64,000 nt of DNA from positions 64,001 through 128,000 of the forward strand of contig JAZSIR010000001.1 in NCBI GenBank assembly GCA_045533905.1, read 5' to 3'. Position 1 is the first letter of the stretch; the number at the start of each line of letters is the position of its first letter. Below are positions 30,383 to 40,787 of this stretch, in pieces. The translations under genes were made by a program, and so were the position numbers. Origin of the DNA: Clostridia bacterium (GTDB lineage Bacteria; Bacillota; Clostridia; UMGS1883; UMGS1540). A model generated the notes under the pieces. The model had not been told where the DNA came from and did not search any database. It saw only the letters and a list, made by a program, of their open reading frames with translations.

Positions 30383-30407
30383 AAGAGCAAAATCTAACTG
30401 CCCCAAA

Positions 30408-30995
30408 TTACAATTCGATAAGATACGCCCTCGTGGGGGCGCCGTCAAAACCTGCAAGGTTTAAAGGGGCGGCGTTTAAGAAGTATTTCCCTTCGGGCGC
30501 ATTTTTTAGGACAATGCCTTCGAGAAGCACGACGTCTGCGCCGAGGAGGATTTTATGTACTTCCATAGGCGCATCGATAGGCCCCACGGTTTGCCCTTCG
30601 TTTCCAAGGAGTAAAAGCGGCGCTTTGGCAAAAACCGCGGCGGCTTCCGCCGTGACGGTGACAGTGCCGCGAAGCAAAATGCGCTCTGCCGCGCCGTGAG
30701 CGCGCGCCTTTTCGAGGATACGCTCCGCATCCGCGGCAAAAAGCTCGCCTTTACAGTCGACAACAAAGCAGGCGCCAACAACACGAAAAAGGTCTATCTC
30801 CTCCACTGTTTTGCCGTCCTTTATAAAATGAAACGGCGCGTCGATATGTGTGCCGCTGTGCGCGCACATAGAAAAAGCAGAAAGGTTATAAAGTGCGCCC
30901 TCCTCCATCCGCATAAGCTGCGAGGCCGCGGGGCGAGGGTCACCGGGGTAAACGTCTGCGGCGAGTGCCTCCTGCGAAATATCGATAACCTTCAA
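30408..30995 (-). CDS. cyclase / kynurenine-formamidase family metal hydrolase
   Basis: YPGDP, HSGTHIDAPFHF, VHKILL…LLE, DGAPTRA; TTG start. Confidence 0.88.
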   Translation of the reverse strand: MKVIDISQEALAADVYPGDPRPAASQLMRMEEGALYNLSAFSMCAHSGTHIDAPFHFIKDGKTVEEIDLFRVVGACFVVDCKGELFAADAERILEKARAHGAAERILLRGTVTVTAEAAAVFAKAPLLLLGNEGQTVGPIDAPMEVHKILLGADVVLLEGIVLKNAPEGKYFLNAAPLNLAGFDGAPTRAYLIEL

Positions 30996-31011
30996 AGGGA
31001 TGCCCCCTTTC

Positions 31012-31662
31012 CTATACTGCAAAAAGAATGAAGCCTATTGTGTTTGTGGCAAAGTTTGCAAACATATGGATAAGCCACGAAAGATATATATTCCCGTGCT
31101 TTTCGTCACACAAATTAAATAGCAGGCCGCCGACGAAGATCCCCGCAAGGGATAAAAGCACCACGGGAAGGCTAAACCAGCCGAGCATCATCGCAATATG
31201 ATAGAGTGCAAAGGCTATGCTGCTGAAGAAAAAGGCAAATTTCCGGGAAGTGTATTTTCGAAGTGCCAGAAACGAAAATCCGCGGAAGAAAAATTCTTCC
31301 AGAAAAGAATTGACGAATGAAATATACAGCGCCACCCACAGGAAATTGGATGTATTGACGCCCGTAGTCTCGCCAAGGCTTTTGGTGAGGGCAGAAAAGT
31401 CGAACACGTTCCGGAAAATAAGGTAGCCGCCTACGATGATGGCATACACGAGGATGCCGAGGAATATGGCCATAAAAAGACCTTTTTTATCCGGTTTCAA
31501 AAACGGTTTTACCGCCCCGCGGCACCACAAAGCGGGTATGCCGAGAAACAGCACCATTTTAATGGCGGATTTTATGATATAGCCCGGCTGCCAGACAGCA
31601 TCGACAAGCCCCATCAGCGTGCAGGCTGCGAGGACAAGCACGGGAATTTTCCATTTTTTCAT
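31012..31662 (-). CDS. CPBP (CAAX) family intramembrane metalloprotease
   Basis: LEEFFFRG, FALYH, HMFAN motifs. Confidence 0.9.
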   Translation of the reverse strand: MKKWKIPVLVLAACTLMGLVDAVWQPGYIIKSAIKMVLFLGIPALWCRGAVKPFLKPDKKGLFMAIFLGILVYAIIVGGYLIFRNVFDFSALTKSLGETTGVNTSNFLWVALYISFVNSFLEEFFFRGFSFLALRKYTSRKFAFFFSSIAFALYHIAMMLGWFSLPVVLLSLAGIFVGGLLFNLCDEKHGNIYLSWLIHMFANFATNTIGFILFAV

Positions 31663-31689
31663 TCCGCCCCGCTCCTTTCTCGAGAAGGC

Positions 31690-33546
31690 TTATTTATCCT
31701 TATAGTAATCACCCAACACAATGATATCGTTTACTTCCATACTGGCCCGCACGCGTTCGCTCTGCTTTGCGATATATACCTCTTCCTCCGGCGAGAACGC
31801 GTGTTCTTCCTTCGGGATATAGTGCATACGGTCGTCCATCCAGGCAGACGTTTCAAAGTAGGCAAAGCCCGGATTTTCGGGTGCGAGCACATCGTTGCCG
31901 ATATATTTGCCGCTTTTATCAAGACCGAAGAGGTTTGCGATGGTGGGCAGCCAGTCCACCGTCATCATCGGTTTGGAAACCTCATTATTTTTCATTCCCT
32001 TCGCATAAATGAAGGCAGGCACGCGGTAGGTAATATCATCGCCCTTACATTCCGCCAGGAGCTCTGAATCGGAAAGCCCGTAGGCAAAATGGTCGGTGTA
32101 GGCGATGATGACAGTATCATCAAGAAGCCCGTCCTCCTCAAGGCGCTCTAAAAGAAGGCGGAAAAACTCATCCGTATCCTTCGCTAAAATCATCGCATTG
32201 TTTTTCTCCCGCGGCTCATTTTCGTCGATAAGCTCGGGGTAATATTCCTTGGCAAGCGCCATTTTTCCGCTTTCCGTATTGTACGGAAGGTGCGCGGAGT
32301 ACGTGATAATGAAATTACAAAACGGCGTTTTCTCCGTCATTTTAGCGTAGAGCTCGTCATTTTTCATCATACTGCTGTCCAGCTCCGCTTCCGCGGCCGG
32401 AATGCCGAAATCCGTAATCGCGTGGTACTTTTCGTACCCGAAGCTTTTATGCATAATGCCGCGGTTATAGAATTCGGGACTGTTGAAGTGGAAGGAGTTC
32501 AGCGCGTAGCCTTCTTTTTTGAAGAGATTGGCCATCGAGTAGGGAAAACTGTTCGTGCTGAAATTCGAAGCGGAAACGGCCGAAACGGGCGTGAAAAATC
32601 CCGTGTTAAAGGCAAATTCCGAGCTGAAGGTAAAGCCTGCACCGAAAAACGGTGCATTATAATTCGTAAAGTTTATGCCGCTTTGCATCATTTTATAGAG
32701 CGTGGGTGTATATTCCTTATCAATCATCCACGTATCCACACTCTCGAGCATCACGGCGATAACGTTTTTGCCCTTGAAAAGACCCGTGTATTGATTATCG
32801 CCATACTCGCCCCGTTCGGTGAAAAACATATCCACTTTTTCGAGTTCGCTTTCGTCAAGCTCGTTGCCGCCGAAAAGGATGCGCGTAATATCCCGCACGG
32901 TAAGCTGGTAGAGTCCCGCCGTCTTAAAGCTTTTATTGACATCGTTTAGGCGCTTATACACGATTCTCGGTTTGCGCCAGGAATCCCAGTCGTTCATCTT
33001 ATCCCCGTGTACTTCGGGCAGCATATAGATATGCACAGACGCGAGAAGGAGCACCGGAACAAGCAGAAGAGCCCACCATCTTCTCGGTCTTTTTACGGGC
33101 GTTTTCCACAAAACGGCCGCGGCCGTAAGACAGAGGACGGCAAGAACGGCGCTGACAATGAGGCGTGCATCCACCTGCTCGAAGACAAAGCCAAGGTAAT
33201 CCCCCACCTCGTCTGCAAGCATCACACTCTTAATCCAGAAAAACTGTTCGAAAATCTTAAAGTATATGTACTGACAGACGGCAAGGATGATAAACACCGC
33301 GTTCCAAACAATATATACGATTCTGCCCGCGGTTTTGGGAAGGACAAATACGCAGAGGATGAGAATGAACACCCCCCATAGCGCCGTAAACAGCCACGAA
33401 ACAACGGGAACATACGCCTCCCAGAACACCGATTCGGGCGTAAGCGACCGAAGAAGGGCGTCGGGCAAAAGAAGCGCGACCGCCGCAAACAGCAGAAAAT
33501 AATATTTTTTTATGCATCCGAGAATTTTTCCGCCTTTGGTTTTCAT
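31690..33546 (-). CDS. LTA synthase / sulfatase family protein
   Basis: N-terminal TM segments, KNVIAVMLES, TFSSEF, ITYSAHLPY, YTDH. Confidence 0.85.
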   Translation of the reverse strand: MKTKGGKILGCIKKYYFLLFAAVALLLPDALLRSLTPESVFWEAYVPVVSWLFTALWGVFILILCVFVLPKTAGRIVYIVWNAVFIILAVCQYIYFKIFEQFFWIKSVMLADEVGDYLGFVFEQVDARLIVSAVLAVLCLTAAAVLWKTPVKRPRRWWALLLVPVLLLASVHIYMLPEVHGDKMNDWDSWRKPRIVYKRLNDVNKSFKTAGLYQLTVRDITRILFGGNELDESELEKVDMFFTERGEYGDNQYTGLFKGKNVIAVMLESVDTWMIDKEYTPTLYKMMQSGINFTNYNAPFFGAGFTFSSEFAFNTGFFTPVSAVSASNFSTNSFPYSMANLFKKEGYALNSFHFNSPEFYNRGIMHKSFGYEKYHAITDFGIPAAEAELDSSMMKNDELYAKMTEKTPFCNFIITYSAHLPYNTESGKMALAKEYYPELIDENEPREKNNAMILAKDTDEFFRLLLERLEEDGLLDDTVIIAYTDHFAYGLSDSELLAECKGDDITYRVPAFIYAKGMKNNEVSKPMMTVDWLPTIANLFGLDKSGKYIGNDVLAPENPGFAYFETSAWMDDRMHYIPKEEHAFSPEEEVYIAKQSERVRASMEVNDIIVLGDYYKDK

Positions 33547-33592
33547 AAAACACCTTCTCTTTTGTGAATACAGCCTTACAATGGGTGAGAAG

Positions 33593-34891
33593 CTACATCC
33601 TTTTTGTTTTCATTTTTCGGGCAAAGAGCGTTAAAACAAGCAAAATGATATAAAGTGCGCCAATGGAAACGAAGATAGCCGGCCAGCCGAAGGTATCCTT
33701 CACAAAGCCGAACACAACGGCCTGAATGGCGGCACCCATATACACGGCCCAGTCCAAAACGCCAACGATAGTGGAGGAAAAGGCACGGCCGCCCATATCC
33801 CCGGCGATCGTCCAGATAACACCCGTGACCATGGCAAATACGCCCAGAACAAAGAGCATACCGGAGGCCAGCGCCTGGCTTTTGATAAACGGGAACAGGA
33901 TCATCCCGAGGAATGTGACCACCGAGGCTAAAATCAGCATCGGTTCGCGCTTTCCCTTAAAGACCTTATCCGTTATAAGCGGGAACACAAACATTGCGCA
34001 TGCCTGCCCTATGGGTAGAAGAATGGAACTGAAAATACCGTCCTTTATGGAAAGCCCAAGGGCCTCGGTGAAATATGTAGGCACCCAGGTGAGAAGGCCG
34101 TAACGGCCGATACCCGCGATAGCGGAAATGAGGCAGAAAACGAGAACCTTCGGTTCCGTGAAAAGCACCTTATACGGATATAAGAACCCTTTTCTCTGTA
34201 TTTCTTCGGATAAGGCTTCATCTCTTTCCGCTGCCTCTTTATCCGTTTCTTCAAACGGTGCAAGGCCTGCATCCTCGGGTCTTTCTTTGAAGAAGGCATA
34301 AAACGCTATGAGCATCAGAAGCATCGGCACGATGGGATAGCGGAATGCGGCGCGCCAGCCCCATTCGGGGTTCCAGTCCATACAGAGCAGAATCGTAAGA
34401 TAGGTAACAACCTGCGCAAGGCCGGAAAATGCTGTGGTGAGTCCCGAAGCAAACCCGCGTTTATCCTTCGGCCACCATTTATTCAGCACGCCAAGGCCGT
34501 TCGCCCATACGGTGGACTGAAAAAAGCCGTTGAGCCCCCACAAAACCGCAATGACCGGAATGGAGGTCTGAAAGGATATACTGATGTTGAGAACGGCCGA
34601 GGCCACAACGCCCACCATCATAAAGCGTTTATAGCCGAAGAACGCACCGAGGCGGCCATTTATCAGCTGCCCGAAGGCATAGCACCAGAAAAGCGCGGAG
34701 GACACAACGCCGAGCGCTGCAGTCGTGGAGCCGAGCTCCTCTGCCATCTGTGTCATAACAAGGTTTATGTTCTGGCGGCCGTTATAGAAGAAGAGATACA
34801 TAAGGCCAAAGCTCAGGAGCATCAGCCACCCGTGCTTCTTGAATTTTTTATAGTCGTTTTCCGGGTAACCGTACATTTTTTTCGTTTCCAT
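33593..34891 (-). CDS. MFS transporter (GlpT/OPA-like)
   Basis: YNGRQN, YAFGQLINGRL, WGLNGFFQS, KWWPKDKRG. Confidence 0.88.
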   Translation of the reverse strand: METKKMYGYPENDYKKFKKHGWLMLLSFGLMYLFFYNGRQNINLVMTQMAEELGSTTAALGVVSSALFWCYAFGQLINGRLGAFFGYKRFMMVGVVASAVLNISISFQTSIPVIAVLWGLNGFFQSTVWANGLGVLNKWWPKDKRGFASGLTTAFSGLAQVVTYLTILLCMDWNPEWGWRAAFRYPIVPMLLMLIAFYAFFKERPEDAGLAPFEETDKEAAERDEALSEEIQRKGFLYPYKVLFTEPKVLVFCLISAIAGIGRYGLLTWVPTYFTEALGLSIKDGIFSSILLPIGQACAMFVFPLITDKVFKGKREPMLILASVVTFLGMILFPFIKSQALASGMLFVLGVFAMVTGVIWTIAGDMGGRAFSSTIVGVLDWAVYMGAAIQAVVFGFVKDTFGWPAIFVSIGALYIILLVLTLFARKMKTKRM

Positions 34892-34922
34892 TTTACTTTC
34901 TCCTTTGCACAACCTCTAGTTT

Positions 34923-36053
34923 TCAAAAAGCTGTAATGTATGTAAGGAATGCGGCAAGCCGTGCTTTCTCCCCTTCCAAACCTTTCGGAAGGCCCGGAAA
35001 GGCAGAAGGCTTCTTCAGAATATGTTCTTTCAGAATTCCCTGCGCATACATCGAATCTGCAATTTCTGCCGCCTCCAAAAAGGCGCCGAAATGATTTCTG
35101 TGTGTGGGATCGAAGGCCGTGTAGTTTTTCGTTTCCATCCGCGCGTTGAAATCCGAAAGCCAGTCGGAAATGTCGCGCGGCGGGCCGAACTGGTCCGCGG
35201 CAGAATCGATGTTTGCCACATCGTTTTCTACAACGCTGAGGTTATGGAGATACGCGGCCTTTTCCTCGCCGAGTGCATCGTAAAGCGGCTTGTCGACGGA
35301 AAACACGTCAATAACAGGCACATTTTCCTCCTTGCCGAGCTGGCGAAGTGCCACGGCATACGGGAATTCGTGATGCGCATCCTTGCCGCCGCAAAGGCCG
35401 GGACGCGGCAGAAGCTTGCCGTCCGTAAACGAATGGGTCGCACCCGTAACTACGAGAATAGGATAGGCACCCTTTTCGCGGATTTTATCGATATAAAATT
35501 TGTGGTACCCTTTATACGTGGCACCCGAATCAAACGGATGATACGGATCGCCCGCCATTTCGATAAGGCCGGCGGTGGTTTCTATAATGGTCTCGATTCT
35601 CTCAGGAGAATAACCTTCCGCCCGAAGGGCTTCTTCATAGCCTTCGTCCCATCCTGTTGTGGGGCGGCGCATTTCCTCCGTCGGCACAACGGTGGGATAC
35701 ACACCGTTTGCATCCGCCTCGCCGAGCCATACGTGCTTATTCACGCGGTAGGCACAGCTTGCCGAGTCATCGTCATTACACATAAACTGGATAAGGACAT
35801 AGTCGCCCTCCCCAATCTCCGAAAGTGCAGGCCCCATATGATAGGGCGGCATTTCTTTGGTAAAGCGCCCGTCATCTACGAATCTGCCCTCGTTGAGAAA
35901 GCTCCGGCAGCTTCTGCCGCCCATCGCGTAGTTTCGTATTTCCACCGCTTCGTCAAAAAAGAAACGAAGCGGGTCTCCCCAGCCACAGTAAAATTTGCCG
36001 TGGTGCGCCATTCTGGTTTGTACAAGGGAATCTCCCAGAAGATGTATTTTCAT
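34923..36053 (-). CDS. rhamnogalacturonan-acetylesterase-like SGNH hydrolase
   Basis: LLGDS, GWG, NYAMGGRSCRSFLNEGR, QFMCND, DPTH. Confidence 0.8.
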   Translation of the reverse strand: MKIHLLGDSLVQTRMAHHGKFYCGWGDPLRFFFDEAVEIRNYAMGGRSCRSFLNEGRFVDDGRFTKEMPPYHMGPALSEIGEGDYVLIQFMCNDDDSASCAYRVNKHVWLGEADANGVYPTVVPTEEMRRPTTGWDEGYEEALRAEGYSPERIETIIETTAGLIEMAGDPYHPFDSGATYKGYHKFYIDKIREKGAYPILVVTGATHSFTDGKLLPRPGLCGGKDAHHEFPYAVALRQLGKEENVPVIDVFSVDKPLYDALGEEKAAYLHNLSVVENDVANIDSAADQFGPPRDISDWLSDFNARMETKNYTAFDPTHRNHFGAFLEAAEIADSMYAQGILKEHILKKPSAFPGLPKGLEGEKARLAAFLTYITAF

Positions 36054-36085
36054 TGTAATTCTCCTTTTGTTGTTTCGCCCCGATT

Positions 36086-38410
36086 CTAACACTGATATGT
36101 ATAGGTCTCCCCTTTTCGGAGGGTGACTTCTTTCCTGCCACCATCAAACGGCAGGTATAATTCGAAAGCGGTATCCCGGTCGGCTTCGATTGTGCCGCAG
36201 CACTCCTTTTTGGAAAGGTTCCAGTGGATGGTGACGGTGCCGCCGTAAAAATGCAGTTTTGCACTGCCTTCGCCGTATTCCATAGGACACGCGGGCAGAA
36301 TTTTCAAAGCATTCGGCAAGGCGTATAAGAGCATATCCTGTGTGACATTCACAAAGCCCATAAGAGCATCGAGCTGCACGGGCGCACGATATGCATTGCC
36401 GCTGTCATAGCCGGTAATCCCCATATCCCTATAGTCGTGCCCGAGCGTGAAAAGATTTTCCAAAAGGCATACCTTAGCCAAGGCATTCATGCAGTAAAAA
36501 ACATTTTCGCCATCTTCAAAGCGCGCGTATACCGCGCCCATATGCGGAAGCGTCCAGCCCCAGAAGGACCCTTTTGTTCGTAAATCCAGCGCCTTTTTGC
36601 AGGCAGGCATAAGATCCCGATTATCGCGGAAATTTATCTCCGTGCCCGGGAAAACGGGATACAGATGCGAAATGTGCCTATGACCATAGGCATCGCCGTG
36701 CGCCTCGCTGACCCATTCCGAAAGCGCACCGTCGCCATTGATGCGATACGGCGGCAGTTTTGCAAGAAGCGCTTTCCAGCCTTCGGCCTTTTCAGAAAGT
36801 GCCGGCCGCGTCTTGGCTTCTGCAATCAGATTTGTGAGAAGCTCGCGGAGGATAGCGATTTCTATCGTGGGATTTTCCGTTGTGGGCATACTGTGGTCTT
36901 TGGACCTATCGTGATATTCTATCGGCGAATTTTCGGGAGAAACCGCGGGATAGAGTACAAAATTGCCGTCTTTATCCTGATAGGCGAAATCCTCATAAAA
37001 TGCAGCCGCTTCCATCATAAACGGAAGTATTTTTTCTTCAAGCAGTTTTGTATCTCCCGTGCGAAGATAGTAGTTATAAAAATGCTGCGAAAGCCACCCT
37101 GCCACGCCGTTAAAATGCAGAATCACGGGCACAAACCAGGCTACAGCGGCATTTACGGGCGTGGTGTAGGTGCCGATAAAGATACCTCGTGCGCCATAGA
37201 GTTTTCGCGCGTTTTCGCGGTATTTCTCCATATTGGCAAAATAGTATTCAATAAGGCTTTTGTCAAATTCGAACAGGCCGCCTTTTTGCGTATGCCAGTA
37301 TATGCTCTGCACGTTTTCATTGGCAACGTGGTGTGTGAAGCTGCATTCATATCCGCCTACCCATAAGCCGTAAAGCGGGAAAGGAAGCCCTTCTATACTT
37401 GTGCCGCTGATGAAAAGGTAGCGGCCGAAGCGCCAGATTTTTTCTGTAAGCTCCGGAGAAAGCGTATCCTCGCGCGCCGCCGCGAGAAGCTCTTCGTTCG
37501 AATGCATTTCTTCTCCCGTATAAAGCGAAATATCGGCAGCGTTGTAGAGTCTTTGGTATTCGGGCAGATTCTCGCGGAAAATCTCGTCATATGCCGAGGG
37601 GCAGGCACAAAGTTCCTCGCATACGCGCTTTTCCCCTGTCTTCCGGTCACATTCGCCGGAGAATGCCTTTATCAGAAGAAGGGCTTTCTTGCTTTTGGTG
37701 ACGCGGATGCCCGCCCCGTCTGTAAAGGACGCCCCGTCCGCTATAACGCGGCATACAATACCGAAATACTTCCCCTCGTTTTCCGAGGAATATATGTAGC
37801 AGTCCCGGGTGGCAGAATATTCTGCCGTTTCCTTGTCCGCGAGCGCAAGATTTCTCTCCTTAACGCCTTCAAAGCTTAGGAAAAATCCGCTTGTTACCCC
37901 GAAATCCATTTCCTGTTCCGCGGTAAGCTCCACCGCAATGAGATCGCGGCTTCGGGACGCGATATAGCGCCTTCTGAAAGAATGGCCGTCAATTTTGTAG
38001 GAAACCTCGGTTTCTGCCGTATCCATATGGATAACACGGCGGTAGTGACTGTAAACGCCGTAACACGGGAGCGAGAGCTTTACACATCCGAGTGTGCGCA
38101 TATTTCCGAGCTTTGTGTTGTATCCCTTTTCGCAAAGGGCATTATACATGAGCATATTCGCTTCTTCAAAGCGGCGCGCTTCTCTGAGCGCCCGCATCTT
38201 GCCGAGGTATTCCGAAACATCCGGCAAGGTATCGTCTTCCCCACCATACCACATAGTATTTCTGTTTAGGATGACCGTCTCCGCCGAAACGCCGCCATAC
38301 AGAAGCGCACCCGTGGAGCCTGTCCCGATGGGCGAGCTGTCTCTCCACCGGTGCGGAAAGACGGATGCAGGCCGTTTCATAATACTGTCATGTATAGTAT
38401 ATTCTCGCAT
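36086..38410 (-). CDS. GH95 alpha-L-fucosidase-like protein
   Basis: PIGTG…GALLYGG, RFGRYLFIS, LYGLW, SPEN, HRHISHLYPVFPG, QLDA, ILPACP; start MREYT after a GGGGA RBS. Confidence 0.88.
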   Translation of the reverse strand: MREYTIHDSIMKRPASVFPHRWRDSSPIGTGSTGALLYGGVSAETVILNRNTMWYGGEDDTLPDVSEYLGKMRALREARRFEEANMLMYNALCEKGYNTKLGNMRTLGCVKLSLPCYGVYSHYRRVIHMDTAETEVSYKIDGHSFRRRYIASRSRDLIAVELTAEQEMDFGVTSGFFLSFEGVKERNLALADKETAEYSATRDCYIYSSENEGKYFGIVCRVIADGASFTDGAGIRVTKSKKALLLIKAFSGECDRKTGEKRVCEELCACPSAYDEIFRENLPEYQRLYNAADISLYTGEEMHSNEELLAAAREDTLSPELTEKIWRFGRYLFISGTSIEGLPFPLYGLWVGGYECSFTHHVANENVQSIYWHTQKGGLFEFDKSLIEYYFANMEKYRENARKLYGARGIFIGTYTTPVNAAVAWFVPVILHFNGVAGWLSQHFYNYYLRTGDTKLLEEKILPFMMEAAAFYEDFAYQDKDGNFVLYPAVSPENSPIEYHDRSKDHSMPTTENPTIEIAILRELLTNLIAEAKTRPALSEKAEGWKALLAKLPPYRINGDGALSEWVSEAHGDAYGHRHISHLYPVFPGTEINFRDNRDLMPACKKALDLRTKGSFWGWTLPHMGAVYARFEDGENVFYCMNALAKVCLLENLFTLGHDYRDMGITGYDSGNAYRAPVQLDALMGFVNVTQDMLLYALPNALKILPACPMEYGEGSAKLHFYGGTVTIHWNLSKKECCGTIEADRDTAFELYLPFDGGRKEVTLRKGETYTYQC

Positions 38411-38433
38411 ACTCTGTTTCCCCATGATTTGTT

Positions 38434-39804
38434 CTATATATCGTCCGCAAGGACTCTGCGTTTTTTCCATATACCGCTTAAAAAGTATATAAGGGACGGG
38501 ATGGCGTACCCGTACGGCGCAAGCGCGTACCCGAGCACAAATCCGTAAAAGCCGAAGCCGAAATAAATACCGAAAAGCCAGCTGAGGCCTATACGGAGTG
38601 CCACACCGTCTAAAATAGAAAGCACCATACCGAATTTTACATTGCCGATGCCCTGAATGAAGGCGCCTGTGCCCCGCATAATGGCAAAGGGAATAAACAT
38701 CCACACGATAGCTCTGATAAAGGTGCCGGAAAGTCCGTGTACCATCGAATCATCAGAAAAGAGCATAAACAGTGCTTTCCCGAAGCAGAGATACAGAGAC
38801 AGGAAAAGCACGGTGAAAAGCCCCGAGAAAACCCACGCCAGATGTACCACTTTTTGGGCGCGGCCGAGCTTCTTTGCGGCAATATTCTGGCTGATCATCG
38901 GAAGCGCCGCGTACTGGATGCCCATAGATATCTTATTCATAATGTCGTCAATTCTGACGCCGACGCCAAAGGTGGCCGATTCTACAACGCCGAGCGAATT
39001 AATCATGGCGTTTACATACAGCATCGAAATATTGATAAAGCCGGACTGAATCGCCATCGGCGTACCAAGGCTTAAAATCATTTTTACATATTTCAGAACG
39101 GGTTTGAAGCTTACGGGTTTGAAGTCAAAGCCAAACTCAAATTTGTTTTTGTAGAGGTAGTAGAGCGAAAACAAAAACGATACCGCCTGCCCGATGATGG
39201 TCGCCCACGCCGCACCTGCGACGCCCCAGCCCCATATGCCCGTGAAAAGAATATCGAGCACGAGATTTACAACAGAGGCAATGGCGATAAAAAGAAGCGG
39301 TCTTTTGGAGTCGCCCATCCCGCGGAGTATGGCCGATACCAGATTATACCCTGCGGTAAAAAGCATACCGGCCCCGCAAATGACAAGATAACTGTCGGAC
39401 ATCGCAACGGACTCCGGCGGAATATTCATAAGCCGGATGACCAGATTCTTGGAAAGAATAATAATGACGGAAAAGAGAAGCCCCATCGCTAAAATGACTG
39501 TAAAAAGCGTGCCGATGATGTTGTTATTTTCCTTTTTCTTATCCGCCCCGAGCGCCTGTGCGATCAGCACCTGGCCGCCGTTTGAAAAGCCGAGGCAAAC
39601 CATCGTGGCAAAATTGAGAATGGAGCTCGACTGTGATACGGCGGAAAGCCCTGCCGTGCCGACATATTTACCGACGATGATCATATCAATCGTAGAATAC
39701 AGAACCTGCAGGGCGTTGGAAAGCATAAAGGGAAACATCAGCGAGAAGAGTTGCCGCGCCAGGCTTCCGTTTGTAAAATCTTTGGTAAGTTTCGTAGTTC
39801 TCAT
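38434..39804 (-). CDS. MATE family efflux transporter
   Basis: LSNALQVLYSTIDMIIVG, LRGMGDSKRPL, WGVAGAAWATIIGQ. Confidence 0.93.
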   Translation of the reverse strand: MRTTKLTKDFTNGSLARQLFSLMFPFMLSNALQVLYSTIDMIIVGKYVGTAGLSAVSQSSSILNFATMVCLGFSNGGQVLIAQALGADKKKENNNIIGTLFTVILAMGLLFSVIIILSKNLVIRLMNIPPESVAMSDSYLVICGAGMLFTAGYNLVSAILRGMGDSKRPLLFIAIASVVNLVLDILFTGIWGWGVAGAAWATIIGQAVSFLFSLYYLYKNKFEFGFDFKPVSFKPVLKYVKMILSLGTPMAIQSGFINISMLYVNAMINSLGVVESATFGVGVRIDDIMNKISMGIQYAALPMISQNIAAKKLGRAQKVVHLAWVFSGLFTVLFLSLYLCFGKALFMLFSDDSMVHGLSGTFIRAIVWMFIPFAIMRGTGAFIQGIGNVKFGMVLSILDGVALRIGLSWLFGIYFGFGFYGFVLGYALAPYGYAIPSLIYFLSGIWKKRRVLADDI

Positions 39805-39845
39805 TCGTAAATTCGTTCTTTCTCTTCTATGTTATGTCGTTTTTT

Positions 39846-40406
39846 CTATTCCTTCCGGCAGGCGCTTAGAATCGGCGCGACCGTGCCATCACTGACATCC
39901 GTAATAACAGTGTACAGTTTATGAATTTCTTCCGTAACGGCGCCCTGCCGCACCAGATCGCAGATAAGGGCTACGAGGGTATCATAAAATCCATCCAGAT
40001 TGAGGACGACAATCGGCACATCTATTCTTTGCAGGTACCTAAGGGTCAAAACCTGAAAGAACTCATCCATTGTACCTATGCCGCCGGGTGCGATGAAGAA
40101 CACATCCGCGTGCTTTTCCATCAGGGTTTTCCGCTCGGCCATAGTATCCACCATTATGGTGTTGTCGCAATCAAAGATATCTTCAAAGGTGCTGATAAAA
40201 TCCGGCGAGATGCCCATAACGAAGCCGCCATTTTCCTTCACGCCGCGCGCAACGGCACCCATACAGCCCGTGGCACCTGCGCCATACACAAGAGAAAATC
40301 CGTTTGCCGCGATAATTCTGCCGAGTTCTTCTATTTTTTCTTTATGTTTCTCTTCGATTCTTTCGTTTGCGCCGCCGTATACACAGGCGAAATATCTTTT
40401 TGACAT
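39846..40406 (-). CDS. LOG family (TIGR00730) protein
   Basis: LVYGAGATGCMG, TMAERK, PGGIGTMDE. Confidence 0.92.
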   Translation of the reverse strand: MSKRYFACVYGGANERIEEKHKEKIEELGRIIAANGFSLVYGAGATGCMGAVARGVKENGGFVMGISPDFISTFEDIFDCDNTIMVDTMAERKTLMEKHADVFFIAPGGIGTMDEFFQVLTLRYLQRIDVPIVVLNLDGFYDTLVALICDLVRQGAVTEEIHKLYTVITDVSDGTVAPILSACRKE

Positions 40407-40504
40407 AAGGGATACCTCCTGTTCCTATTCTTTTTTATTTTATGCTTTTTTATCCCGAAAGGACATATCGGGAATGCTATGTATGACGAAGGAGTCATAG
40501 CCGC

Positions 40505-40543
40505 ATATAAAGACTGTATAATCTAGATGACAATCTTTTTAGC
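40505..40543 (+). repeat. site A copy 3, at the left edge of island 2
   Basis: atataaagactgtataatctagatgacaatctttttagc, 35/39 match to 22431-22469. Confidence 0.85.
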
Positions 40544-40547
40544 AAGA

Positions 40548-40770
40548 TTTCGTGTCAAGTCAGGCGAACAGTGAATAATAGGACCTACTACTTTTCCCTT
40601 AAATTTTCACTGTATTTTTTCTGAACAAAATCCATCAGAACCCGCAGGAATGTTAAATTTTCCTGCTCCGATAGTATATGTAAATATTTAAAATCGGCAA
40701 ACTACCATATTTAATTATATTGATTTGCACAAGCAAAAACATAATAGAATAACCTACCATGTTTGCAAAA
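40548..40770. repeat. conserved non-coding module, copy 1
   Basis: Collinear homology with 61993-62300; hairpin gcaggaa…ttcctgc at 40644-40666. Confidence 0.8.
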
Positions 40771-40787
40771 AAATACGTTTTTTGAAG

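Larger units (their letters stand above)
22427..30390. mobile_element. AT-rich accessory island 1: array of six co-oriented cassette-like genes
   Basis: Abrupt drop in GC at site A; genes are separated by repeated sites A/B/C/D; no integrase encoded. Confidence 0.6.

Noticed and set aside
38411-38704. N-terminal extension of the GH95 ORF given in the track
   Set aside because: It overlaps the MATE gene in another frame; the RBS supports a start at 38410.
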